From positions 34,969,537 through 35,033,536 of the forward strand of contig NC_057719.1 in assembly GCF_004010195.1 (NCBI RefSeq): a stretch of DNA of 64,000 nt. The letters run 5' to 3'. Made by a program: the position numbers and the translations under genes. This DNA comes from Chiloscyllium plagiosum. Lineage: Eukaryota. The notes below the pieces were generated by a model, which was given only the letters and a program-made list of their open reading frames with translations, did no database searches and was not told the DNA's origin. Below are positions 1 to 11,094 of this stretch, piece by piece (position 1 is the stretch's first letter; each line of letters begins with the position of its first letter).

Positions 1-1177
1 GTGGGCCAGGAGGGTGCTGAGAGATAAGTGGGAGGGGGCGGTGGGGCTGGGGGAAGGTAGCTGGGAATGTGATAGGTAGATGAAGTTGGGGATGAAAGTG
101 AAAAGTCAGAAACGAGGGTGGAGTGGTTAGGTGGGAAGGAAGATGGACAGGTCAAGAGGGCGATGCCGAGTCGGAGGCTTGGGACTGGGATAAGGTGGGG
201 GGGGGGAAATAAGGAAACTGATAAAATCCACATCGATCCCATGTAGTTACAGGGTTCCAAGGCAGAAGATGAGGCATTCTTCCTCCAGGTGCTGGGTGAT
301 TAGGGTTTGGCGATGGAGGAGGCCCAGGACCTGCATATCCTTGGTGGAGTGGACAGGGCAGTTGAAGTGTTCAGCCATGGGGTGGTGAGGTTGGTTGGTG
401 TGAGTGTCCCAGAGATGTTCTCTGAAACGATCTGCAAGTAGACGTCCTGTTTCTCCGATGTAGAGGAGATCACATCGGGTACAACAGGTACAGGAGATGG
501 CGTGTGTGGAAGTACAGGTAAATTTCATTCTGGATGTGGAAGGATTCTTTGGGGCCTTGGATGGAGGTGAGGGGGGAGGTGTGGGTAGAGGTTTTGCTCT
601 TCTTGTGGTGGCAGGGAAAGGTGCTGGGAATTTGGTGTGGGCTGCTGGAGGGCATGGATCTGAAATGCTGATGGGGTGGGTAGGGAAATATATCGAATGT
701 AGGTGGGGAATACCTGGCCTAAGGGAGACAGGATGGTGTCAAGGTATGCAGCGATGAGGGGCAGGAGCAGGTTCAGACAATGGTACCAACCAATTCCACT
801 GCCCCATGGTTGAACACTTCAACTCCCCCTTCCACTCCACCAAGGGCATGGAGGTCCTGGGCCTCCTCCATTGCCAAACCCTAATCACCCAGCGCCTGGA
901 GGAAGAATCTTCCTCTTGGGACCCTGCCATCACACAGGAACAACGTTGATTTCACCAGTTACCTCATTTCCCCTACCCCCCCCACCTTATCCCAGTCCTA
1001 GTCACCCCCTCCCATTTATCTCTCCGCACTGCCCCTCATACCCCTCTTCGGCCCACAAGCCTCATTCCTGATAAAGGGCTTTTGCCCCAAAACTTCAATT
1101 CGCCTGCTCCTTGGATGCTACCTGACCTGCATCACACTCTCGACTCTGCTCTCCAGCTGCAGTTCTCACTTTCTCCT
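1..1177. mobile_element. Penelope-like retroelement remnant, family A: GIY-YIG end on - (about 1-625) plus inverted copy of the 3' end on + (about 785-1177)
   Basis: ORF 247-528(-) has CTRCDLLYIGETGRLLADRFREH...EHFN...EEECLIFCLGTL, a PLE GIY-YIG pattern. 785-925 is the reverse complement of about 250-400. Decayed hammerhead motif at 1068-1093. Confidence 0.8.
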
Positions 1178-1627
1178 AGTGTGAAGCATATACCTGTCTT
1201 CTAAAATTGGACAAAAAATTTAAGTGCTTTAGTATATACGTTGCAATGTCTGTTCTGCTATTTGATACATAATTCTGTTTTTATAGGAAAAGCAGCAGCA
1301 CATAATGAGAGAGAGAGAAAAATAGGAGGCAGATAGGCCAAATCATCTTGCCATTTTTAAGGGCAATCCACTTAAATACGTGAACAGGACTTTGTAAAGT
1401 AAACATGAAATGGGAATATAAGACTTGGCTCCAGATCATAGGTGAAGTTTAGTGATAGTTTGAGCAAACTGAATTATGCATCGCCCTAATGAGTGAGGAT
1501 GCATCCATAAAATCTGAAAAATGCACTGTGCCACACTGCTTTTAATTACTAAGTTTTCATGTAGATACCAGATAATCGATGTGAAGGCTTAGTTATGCTG
1601 GGTGATGCATTTTCTTTTACTTTGTAG

Positions 1628-1760
1628 GTTGTGCTTAGACTGCATTGCAAAAAATTCCACAGTTTTGCAAAATCAACTTCCATGGTTACCTCATCAATTG
1701 TTTTCTCAAGTGCAAAAGAAAATCACTTTCTGGGTTTCAGCTGGACACCAAGAGAAATAA
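1628..1760 (+). CDS. KLHDC1: KLHDC1 terminal coding exon (kelch domain-containing protein 1; rest of gene lies upstream of the window)
   Basis: Acceptor tttgtag|G at 1627/1628. Reads (R)LCLDCIAKNSTVLQNQLPWLPHQLFSQVQKKITFWVSAGHQEK*, matching recalled human KLHDC1 RSCLDCIGKNSIMLESQISLLPPKLLQQVLKKITFW. Position just upstream of KLHDC2 fits known synteny. Confidence 0.9.
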
Positions 1761-2001
1761 TAATGTATTTTAAACTGCAAGTTTAATTCAAGAAGGTTTG
1801 CGTACATAACATTTAATGATGTATTTCACAATATACATCATTGCAATGAGCAAATGTAATATTTGAGATGTACAAACCCAAATTGGGTTGATTATAAACG
1901 TGATTGTTGTTCTGTTGTACAATATTTTATTCAGTTTTGTAGACTAATTAACATAGCTACTATGTTAATACATTTTATATCATTCTGGAACTAGATTTGG
2001 A

Positions 2002-2007
2002 AATAAA
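2002..2007 (+). terminator. Candidate KLHDC1 polyadenylation signal AATAAA
   Basis: AATAAA about 240 nt after the KLHDC1 stop, in an AT-rich 3'UTR, followed by a T-rich tract at 2038-2045. Confidence 0.55.
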
Positions 2008-2156
2008 TTGTTTCATGTACAAACCAATAGTGATGGCTTTTTTTTAAACGTAAACCAGTAAACCGAGACCTCTTATATTATATTCCAAGACAAATGAAGA
2101 TTTTAGGTAAGTACTGAGTATCCATTTTTATACTCGCTGATCTAATTCTTATTTTT

Positions 2157-2260
2157 AGATTAGATTAAATTACTTACAGTGTGGAAACAGGCCCTTCAGC
2201 CCAACAAGTCCACACCCACCCGCCGAAGCGCAACCCACCCATACTCCTACATTTACCCCG
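2157..2260 (-). mobile_element. SINE/LINE 3' end fragment (HE1/HER1-like)
   Basis: (TTAGA)n tail plus cagtgtggaaacaggcccttc...; same 3' end as the SINEs at 26068 and 54835. Confidence 0.7.
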
Positions 2261-2374
2261 ATTTGTTCACAGATTTAGATTATTCTCACCAATACAAGAT
2301 CAATTAATGCACTACAATGGTTTTTGTGGCTATTACCAAATCCCCTTTCTTTAATATATTGGTCCTAAATACGT

Positions 2375-3655
2375 ACGGGTGGTGGTGGAGGGTTGCCTTT
2401 CAGACTTGGAGGCTTGTAACCAGTGGTGCGCCACATGGATTGGTGCTGAGTCCACTGCTTTTCATCATTTATGTAAATGATTTGAATGTGAGCATAGGAG
2501 GTATAATTAGTAAGTTTGCAGATGACACCAAAATCGGAGGTTTAGTGGACAGTGAAGAAGGTTACCTCAGAGTACAACGAGATCTTGATTATCTGGACCA
2601 ATGAGCCGAGGCGTGGCAGATAGAGTTAAATTTAGATAAATGTGAGATGCTGCATCTTGCAAAGGCAAATCAGGGCAGGATTTATATACTTCATGGTAAG
2701 GTCCTGGGGAGTGTTGCTGAACAAAGTGACCTTGGAGGACAGATTCATAATTCCTTGAAAATGGAGTCGCAGGTAGACAGGACAGTGAAGAAGATATTTG
2801 GTAAGCTTGCCTTTAGATTAGATTAGATTAGATTATTTATAGTGTGGAAACAGGCCCTCAGTCGCCCGAGTCGGGAATTGAACCCGGGTCTCTGGCGCTG
2901 TGAGGCAACAGTGCTAACCACTGTGCCACCGTGCCGCCCACTTTACTGGTCAGAATATTGAGTAAAGGAGTTGGAAGGTCATGTTGTGCTGTACAGGATA
3001 TTGGTTTGGCCACTTTTGGAATATTGCGTATAATTCTGGTCTCCCTCCTATCGGAAGGTTGTTGTGAAGCTTGAAAAGATTCAGAAAGGATTTACAAGGA
3101 TGTTGCCACGTTTGGAGGATTTGAGCTATGGGGAGAAGCTGAACAGGCTGGGGCTGTTTTCCCTGGAACGTCAGAGGCTGAGGGATGATCTTATAGAGGT
3201 TTATAAAATCTTGAGGGGCATGGATAGGATAAATAGACATGGTCTTTTCCCTGGGGTGAGGGAGTCCAAACTAGAGGGTGTAGGTTTAGGGTGAGAGGGT
3301 AAAGATTTAAAAGGGACCTAAAGGGCAACTCTTTCACACAGAAGGTGGTGTATGTATGGAATGAGCTGCCAGAGGAAATGGTGGAGGCTGGTACAATTAC
3401 AACATTTAAAAGACATCTGGATGGGTATATGAATAGGAAGAGTTTGGAGAGTCGATAAACGTGGCATTGGAAAAGCACCAGGTCAGGCAGCATCCAAGGA
3501 GCAGGAGAGTTGATGTTTTGGCTATAAGCCCTTTTCAGGAATGTGGGATATGGGCCAACTTCTGGCAAATGGGACTAGATTGGGCGAGGATAATTGGTCA
3601 GTATGGATGAGTTGGACCAAAGGGTCTGTTTCTGTGCTGTACATCTCTTTGACTT
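2375..3655 (+). mobile_element. CR1-clade LINE 3' portion (RT C-terminus and 3'UTR), with nested SINE (2812-2940) and PLE fragment (about 3452-3543)
   Basis: WRLVTSGAPHGLVLSPLLFIIYVNDL...KFADDTKIGG and KLEKIQKGFTRMLPRLEDLSYGEKL motifs, broken by stops and frameshifts. Confidence 0.9.
2812..2940 (-). mobile_element. Internally deleted tRNA-derived SINE (HE1-like)
   Basis: Pol III A/B-box head (tggcacagtggttagc...gggttcaattccc on -) joined directly to a (TCTAA)n tail; CTTTA on both flanks. Confidence 0.75.
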
Positions 3656-5079
3656 TAATTGTTATTGATTATAAATACAAACTGTAATATCTTTATTAAT
3701 GCTGACTAAATTTGAGTAAAAACTATTAGCTATTGCTTGGAGACTTGTTTCATTATTTCACCTTAATTCATTTTAGGTATTGTGCATTCCTTTGTAGTTT
3801 ATATTTCATTGCATTTTTAGATTCAATATGTTCCTATTTAGTTTTAATCTTTATGAATTGTTTACTGTTCTTATTTCAGACTGACATGAAGTGCATTGAT
3901 TCTGTGCTGCAAAATATTTAGGGAGCAAATTCCTTTCATGGTTTAAGTGTTAGAATATTTAAAACTATTCTTTACACTTTTTGCAGAAGTATCTCTTCAC
4001 CAATTCAGTTGAAATCATTAGGAACCATATAAATGCTCAATTCCCTTTTCTGAATAGTTGATATGCTCCCAGAATGTAATAATTCAATGAACATTTGTCA
4101 CCACATTGCATGATTATTTTCTGTTCTTCACCATAACACCTAAATAATGCTATTTTTGTGACTTCTGTTGTCATGTGTTATTCTCCTTTTGAACTTCTCC
4201 ACTTCCTATTTTGTCACGAGTGATTTTGTGCTGATTTGTGTTCAGTTCAAGGTGTTTTTCACCAGTTCTTTGCCGATTATTGTGATTTCTCACTTGTGCA
4301 GTGTAACTTGGTCCTGCCAGGAGATGCCAAAATCATCAAATAGTTGGTGATGTTGGGCTCAAAGAAATAAATTGCCCCATACCACTTCAGCAACTCACTG
4401 CTGGGCAAGAGGTTGAATAGGTGGTCTTCTTGGCTCACCACCAAATAAGGCTACCAGCAGTCAATTAACAGGGAATCAATGTTATGGGAAAAATATGGGT
4501 AAGTGAATGTAAGGAATGTTGGATCAGTCATAATCCTATTGAATGGCGGGGATGGGGGGGGAGCATGAATGTCCTACTTGTATTCTTGTTTCTTATGGAT
4601 AGAAGCCACATAAGAGCTTCAACCCACCAGTGGCTTGAATCCAATATGAGAAAAGTTTGGGTAGGGCAGCAAGTAAATGACTACTAGAAGGTCTGCAGTT
4701 CACCCTATGAGCTGGCTCTGAGCTAGCTGGGTTCGTGTCATGTACTACGCCTGTGTAAATAAAGGATCACTGTGATGGAATACTGGCCTTGTGGAATTAT
4801 TTCAGAGGCCATTCAACTTGAGATCAGTTCAAAAATCATAAACAAAAAACAATAAGCAGAATAAGTGAGAATATGAGCAACACTGATACTCCAGTTTGTA
4901 TCTATTAGCCGCAGATCCCTGATTGTCCAGGTTATTAGCCCCAATAAGGAACTCATACTTTGAGATCCAGCTATCTGACATTGTTCCAATCACTACATTG
5001 TCTATTGGATAGAGATTGTGCAGATTTATGCTTTTGCTTTACAAGACTATCCCATTATGTAAAGTGAACTAGAAATGTT

Positions 5080-5420
5080 GGCCAGGACCATCGTGTGTTG
5101 AAGTGGTAGGCAACTGGAAGTCCAAGTCATTTTTGCAGAACACTTATGTTCTGTCCATAAAGCAGTTACCCAGTCTGTGTTTCCTCTCCCAATGTAGAGG
5201 ACACCAAGTTATGAGCAGTGAAATAGACTAGATTGAACAAATCGGAAGAGAATAATCTCTAGTTCACTTGGAAGGTGTCTGGACCCTTGGATAGCGAGAA
5301 GGAAAACAGGTAAGCTTTCATCTTTTGCAATTAGATGGGCAGTTGGTGTGTGGGAGTTGTTTGGAGTGAATCGGAATGTCCTGGAGGGAGTGTTCCTTGC
5401 AAAACGATGCTTAGGCGGGG
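5080..5420 (-). mobile_element. Old Penelope-like GIY-YIG fragment
   Basis: ctctcccaatgtagagg...gactagattgaac...gttcacttggaagg resembles the YIGE region of the element at 247-560; heavily decayed. Confidence 0.5.
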
Positions 5421-5639
5421 GAAGGAAATAATGTGCCTGATAGTGGCAGAAATGGCAGCTAACGATCCTTTTGAATGTAAAGGCTTAGAGGGTGGAAAAT
5501 GAGGACTATGGGGCCCTCTTGCTGTTGTCGGAGCGAAGAGGCCCACTTTCCCACTCTTCTATCACGAGGCTTGAATTCCGCCACAGACAGGATCAAATTA
5601 CACCTGGACAGTGGGGGAAACAAACTTCTCTCGCTTATC

Positions 5640-5735
5640 TGAAAGCAAAACAAAATGCTGGAAATCACAGCGGGTTCGGCAGCATCCACGGACAGAAAGC
5701 ATGCTAACGTTTCGATTCTAGATGACTTTGTCAGA
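5640..5735 (-). mobile_element. PLE-derived short repeat, family D, with decayed hammerhead motif
   Basis: Minus strand CTGACAA-AGTCATCTAGAATC-GAAACGTT followed by ggatgctgccgaacccgctgtgatttccagcattttg. Confidence 0.55.
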
Positions 5736-5744
5736 GATTCCCCC

Positions 5745-6075
5745 TCAGGTTTGTTTACTCACAAAACCCAATCCAACCGTGTGTGTTTTGCTGCTGCAAT
5801 TAAAAGGCCTTCCTCACCTGCGGTCATGTGACCGGAAATCTTCGACGCAACTTCCGACATCCCGGGTCCCTCTTGGAGTTTGTAAACAAGCGGCGGCAGC
5901 GGGAATGCGGTCATAGGTACACGGCTGGGGGTCCTGGGCCTGGAGAGCGAGGGAGTCTTGCGGGAGGCTCGGCAGTTTATGTAGAGGCCTGCGGGATCCC
6001 TTTTACTGGCTTAGCCCGGTATTGGAGGCCGCTGCTCATTGGGGTATGCAGCGGAACGTATGTTGGCGTTAGGCC
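5745..6075 (+). promoter_or_regulatory. CpG-rich promoter and probable non-coding first exon of KLHDC2
   Basis: Local CpG/GC enrichment in an otherwise CpG-poor region. Contains GGTCATGTGACC (E/M-box, 5822-5833), ETS-like CCGGAA (5832-5837) and CTTCCG (5851-5856), and forkhead-like TGTTTAC (5752-5758) and GTAAACA (5882-5888). Possible donor AG|GTACAC at 5916/5917. The ATG exon has its own acceptor at 6444/6445. Confidence 0.65.
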
Positions 6076-6456
6076 CTTCAGTTAGTTTGAAATTCTGTGC
6101 CAGTGCAGATTGCTAACAACCGCAGTATTTTGCTTTTATTCGGGGAATGTGTTTGATTTATGCGGATCTCACTCTTGTTACGCAGACTGCCTAATCATCT
6201 CCAATGTGTGAATGGACTTTATATCCTGATGGCTAAATGTAGCAATATCGACTAATTAGTGATATAATACATTAATAATTCAATTGGTTATTTACTTTTA
6301 ATTGCAATACTTTTTAGATATTCTATTCAGGTTGTAATAAGCTTTGTGACTTTTTTCCACTTACTGAAAGCTTATTTGGGGCCAGGTGAAAAGTGCACTC
6401 AGTGAAGTTACATTGCAGTCAAATGTTGACTATTTTTTGTCTAGAAATTGTGAAAC

Positions 6457-6651
6457 ATGGCAAATGAAAATGAAGATTTGAATGACGGCCTACCTGTGGT
6501 AAATGAAGAAGAAGAAGAAGAAGGAAATGCTCTTGATTATCACCAGAATAGGATGCCACTCCCAATTTTTTATGATTTGGTACCAGAAGAACGTAGTGGC
6601 CATGTAGCTGTAGCATATGGAAGTTATATGTATATCTTAGGTGGTTACAAG
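6457..6651 (+). CDS. KLHDC2: KLHDC2 coding exon 1 (exon probably starts at 6445)
   Basis: MANENEDL...PEERSGHVAVAYGSYMYILGGYK resembles human MADGNEDL...PAERSGHVAVSDGRHMFVWGGYK. Donor AAG|GTAAGA. Confidence 0.95.
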
Positions 6652-7569
6652 GTAAGATAGTACAGAATACATGAGTTGCTCATGTAAATTTTATGAATTT
6701 GTGTTCTGTTTTCTTTGGATGACTCAGTACCAAATGACTGTTGTCTTTAAAACCTCTGCAAAAAAAAACATCTTCAGGGAGTCCTGAACATATTTACTTA
6801 AAGTAGTGATAGCACAAAATGAAGTTGTTCAACTCATTGTGTCTATGTCAGTGTCTGCTGTCTCAGGTAATTCAGTCAGTCCCATTTTGTCTTTGTCCCA
6901 TTGTGCAGCAAGTTTATTTCACGTGTGCCTATGCAATTTCCTTTAGGAGTCATTGACAATTGCTGCTTCCACCATGTATGTAGGTGACAAGTTGAAGGTC
7001 ATTACCATTTGCTCTGTTTAAAAGAACTTCCTTACGTTTCCTAATATCTCTTGCCAGAAGCTATAATCTATGTCCTCTCATCCTTTATCATCAGCTAATG
7101 GGAACATTGTTGTCTGCTTTATCTTAGCCTGGCATAATTTTGTCCATTTTATGATATGCTTGCTCAACTCCTTTGCTCCAAGGAGAAAGCTCCAACATCT
7201 CTGACCAAAGCTTGTAGCTAAATTTCCTCATTCTTGAGCTAGTCTGGTAAATAACTCTTTCAAAAGACTTCCACATCCTTCCTAAAATATGTGCAATAAC
7301 TAGGTAAAGTACTGTACTATTGGTCTGCAAATGTCTGCATTGCTCTTCTGCTTTTGAATTCATTGCCTCTACTTATGAAACCTGAGTTCCCATTTGCTTT
7401 GTTAACTAATCTTTCAGCGTGCCCTGCAAGCTTCAAAGATCTTTGTTCATGATTCCTCAGGACCTTACTGTTCCTATGAACTCTTTCTAAGTTAAGTAAA
7501 TGTTGCCTCTTCCTTCTCCAAAATGCATTGTCTCTTATTTCCCAAATCAAATTGCATCTGCCCTTTATC

Positions 7570-7790
7570 GAGGCAGAAGTGAGGACTGCAGTTGCTGGAG
7601 ATCAGAGTCAAAAGTGCAGTGCTGGAAAAGCACAGCAGGTCAGGCAGCATCCAATGAGCAGAAGAGATGATGTTTTGGGCATAAGGCTCCATTGCTGATT
7701 TAAGGGCTTCTGCCCGAAATGTCAACTCTCCTGCTCGTCGGATGCTGCCTGACTTGCTGTGCTTTTCCAGCACCACACTCTCGACTCTGC
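7570..7790. mobile_element. Fold-back PLE-derived element, family A
   Basis: 7605-7682 is the reverse complement of about 7705-7788. One-sided tail at about 7572-7604. TCTGCCCTT on both flanks (7557-7565, 7786-7794). Inserted in a minus-strand CR1 remnant. Confidence 0.8.
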
Positions 7791-8637
7791 CCTTAGCTGC
7801 CTATTTTGCTAGTCCATGTCCTGTTGCTGTTGATTAGTATCATTCTTATTGTTTACCTCACTTCTCAAATTTAATATCATGACAGATTTTGAAATTTTAC
7901 TGCTTTCCAATATACACATTCTCTATGTATCAACTAAAAAATGTGGTCTAGAACAGACCTTTGGGTCTGTTTACTAATCTCCACTGTGAAAAAACATCCA
8001 TTTATCACTACTTGTTGCCTTTTGACCTTAAGCTAAATTTTATTTCAAGCTGACACTGACCCTCATTCTGAGACTATCAATTTTGTTCACCAGACTTTAA
8101 TGTTACACTTTGTCAAATACGGTCTTAAAATACATATCACAGGCATTCCAAAATGGTAGATCATCATTCCTGATTTGATTTATTATAACCATATGTACCA
8201 GAATTAGGTGAAAAGTATTATATTGCATACTAACCAGACGAATCATACATTTCGTAAGTACATCAGGTTAATAGAACAGAATGCAGAATATAGTGTTACA
8301 GCTACAAAGAAGCTGCAGAGAAAGTGGCATGTTGGCTCAATGGTTTACTCCCGTAGTCCTAACGTGCCGATTAGGTGGAATGGGAAATGCAGGATTACAA
8401 GGATAGGTTAGGTGTTGAGAGTCCAGATGGGATGCTATTTGGAGGGTTGGTGTAGACTTAGTGGGCCTGCTTCCACACTGTAGGGATTCTATGAAAGTAA
8501 AATCTTTAATCAAAAAGGTCAGGATTTTTATCAAATTGAAATGGGACTGTAAAATCACAGTAAAAGATGTATCTTAATTACTTTGTGTCGCTGTTGTCTT
8601 ATTACTTTTTAGGAATTATTTTACTTTTGTTTTTCAG

Positions 8638-8717
8638 AATGCTGCAGTTCAAGGCTACAATGATTTCTATTTGCCAAGAGAAGAACTTTGGATCTACAAT
8701 ATGGAAACTGGAAGATG
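8638..8717 (+). CDS. KLHDC2: KLHDC2 coding exon 2
   Basis: ttttcag|NAAVQGYNDFYLPREELWIYNMETGR(W)|gtatga, 80 nt. Confidence 0.95.
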
Positions 8718-9690
8718 GTATGAGCAGTGTTTTTCTCTACATTTGGCATGTTGACATTAAAAAGAAATGAAATAATTCACACAGATGGTTTGTTGTGATT
8801 TAATGTCTTAGAGTGCATAGATAAATATGACATTACACAACCTTTTACAAGAGAGTTTATGTCTGGTAATCCTTTTGGCTTGATAGCCAACACAAATCGG
8901 CCCCCAAGTGAGATTGTTTTCTGTGCGTGTTCACTTCTCAAAATGTCACTTTCTGCGACCAAGCAAACGAAAGGTTAACACCTGCAGTCACTGGAGTTAG
9001 ATTTTCTGATAGTATCAATGTAAGGTGTGAACATGGAGCCTGCGGATGAGCAAGTCTCCAATTATATCGTTCAGCCGTAACCAAGGCAGCTGCTTCTGTT
9101 TATCATGTTCATAGAGCTAGGTTAATGCATTCATCTGAATTCTCTTTTTACATTCGTCTTTATCTCTTTGGCTGTAAAGATGCTGAACGTTATAGATCTA
9201 TAGGACATTGCACCTAAATGTGACAATATTGTAGAAATAACATTTTCTTCTTTTTTGACCTCCATGGCATTAATAAACTTAGTCAAATATGTGCACATGC
9301 CCATCACCTTGTTCATACCATTCTGCAAAATGTTGTGCTCTTTGCGATTAGCCCTTGAGCTGAGGAATTCTTGAGGCTGGATATCTGTATTTCACAGTGC
9401 TTGTCTGCATCCCAAACAACTTACTCACTTTCTTGATATAGCACTACAGGATGGATTATAGGATTTCCCAAGCCTTCCGTATGACACCTTAGTCAGCTCT
9501 CGCAGAAAAATTGTACATTATATCTTGTTAACATTTCCTTTTAGCTGTCCATTACTGCTGATCATTGATTCAAGTATCAGGGTCTGAAAGAGCATTATTG
9601 AGAGTACATTAATGATGCCACACAGACTTGGGTAGGGTAACCGTTTAGGATCTCAGAGGAGTGAATGTGACAATTTCTGACATGCTCATA

Positions 9691-10029
9691 CAGGTGCACA
9701 ATCCTTTATCTGAAATGCTCGGGACCAGCTGGTTTTCGGAATTCAGAATTTTTCGAATTTCAGAGTAAATGGCAGTTTGGTGAAATTTTAAATCTTACTG
9801 GAGGAGCATACCCGCTAAGTAAAATGGGGCCTCGAAACAGAATTGAGGCCTGCTGATGCTGGACCACGCCCTCCACATCACATCTGAGTGATGCATTGAG
9901 TGGGCGTCAACTTGGGTTAACTGTTTGCACACCAAACAACCTTGTTAATGAGAAAAAACTTCACAAAAATACCTTCAGACTTTGGAGATTTTTGGATTTC
10001 AGGATTTCAAAGAAAGGATTGTCTATCTG
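9691..10029. mobile_element. Tc1/mariner (Tigger-like) non-autonomous DNA transposon
   Basis: TA|CAGGTGCACAATCCTTTATCTGAAAT ... ATTTCAAAGAAAGGATTGTCTATCTG|TA: imperfect 26-bp TIRs with TA TSD. Confidence 0.8.
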
Positions 10030-11094
10030 TATAATTTGATAGTAACTTAACAATATTAGTTAGCTATCCTCCAAAAAATCCTCCAAAAAACACCATGTTT
10101 CTAAAAACAGGAGTCCATTCACATTAGATTATCAAGAAGTGATTTTCCTCTACCATACTTGGCCAAGAAGACCCTGTTGATCTCTTTCTGAAAGTGGATG
10201 GCAGCATGGCAGATAGGTGGAGTGACTGACTACCTATACACATCTGCTAACTCAGTTTTTCTATCGAAATGGTTAGCAAGAACATTGTTCCGTTTATTGT
10301 ATGCTTCTGGCTGCCCAACAAATAGTCTACTTCCTACTGCAATCCTTAGGAAGGGGTTACCCTCTCAATGGTGTCAAGTTTAAGGTTGAGTGCTTCTGAT
10401 CATAAAAAATGAAGGTCAGTTAGGGTTCCTTCTGTTTGGTATAGGCATAAATGCATCCCATTGTTCTACAATCCAGGTCTGGTTATTATCTGGGTCCCAC
10501 CATAAGGTCTGCAAAGGATTAATTAATGCTGCTGAATGCTATAGAATTCACTTTTTAAAAAAAAAAAGTGCCACTGTGCTTCAAAAGCCTGTAAATGTTG
10601 CCAGTGTCCCTATCCCCGGATTGGGAGTCCCATGTGCTCCAGGCTGATTAGAAAAATAGCAAAAAAATCTCTTCTCTGGTGAGAAAACTGGTAGAGTTTA
10701 AAAAGTCTACTATTCCTTGTGTGATGTGACTCATGGCATTAAGAAAGAAGCGTGACTGTAGCAGTCCAAGAAAACAGTGACAATTGGAGTTTAGTATTAG
10801 AATTGCACTCACATATGCAGTGACAGTGCTAGTCCTGTAAGGCTTGATGTCTTACAGAGACCATTGATTGCTCATAAACTTCAGTTTCAAATTAGTTGAT
10901 GTAGTTTCCAGCCAAAACTTTAGTTGTGGGATCATGCTCTTAACGAGCTTACATTTAAACAGCCTCAAAATCTCATCCCCACCACTTCATTCACCCTACC
11001 AACTTACCTTTGATTCTTGTTGCTTTTTTACATGCAAGATGTTATTTATTAGGATATTCTATTGTAGGAGACACTAGCTTTAGACAGAGACTCC

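Noticed and set aside
4685..4805. Possible LTR 3' end (AATAAA ... TTTCA)
   Set aside because: No matching 5' terminus or TSD found; too weak to call
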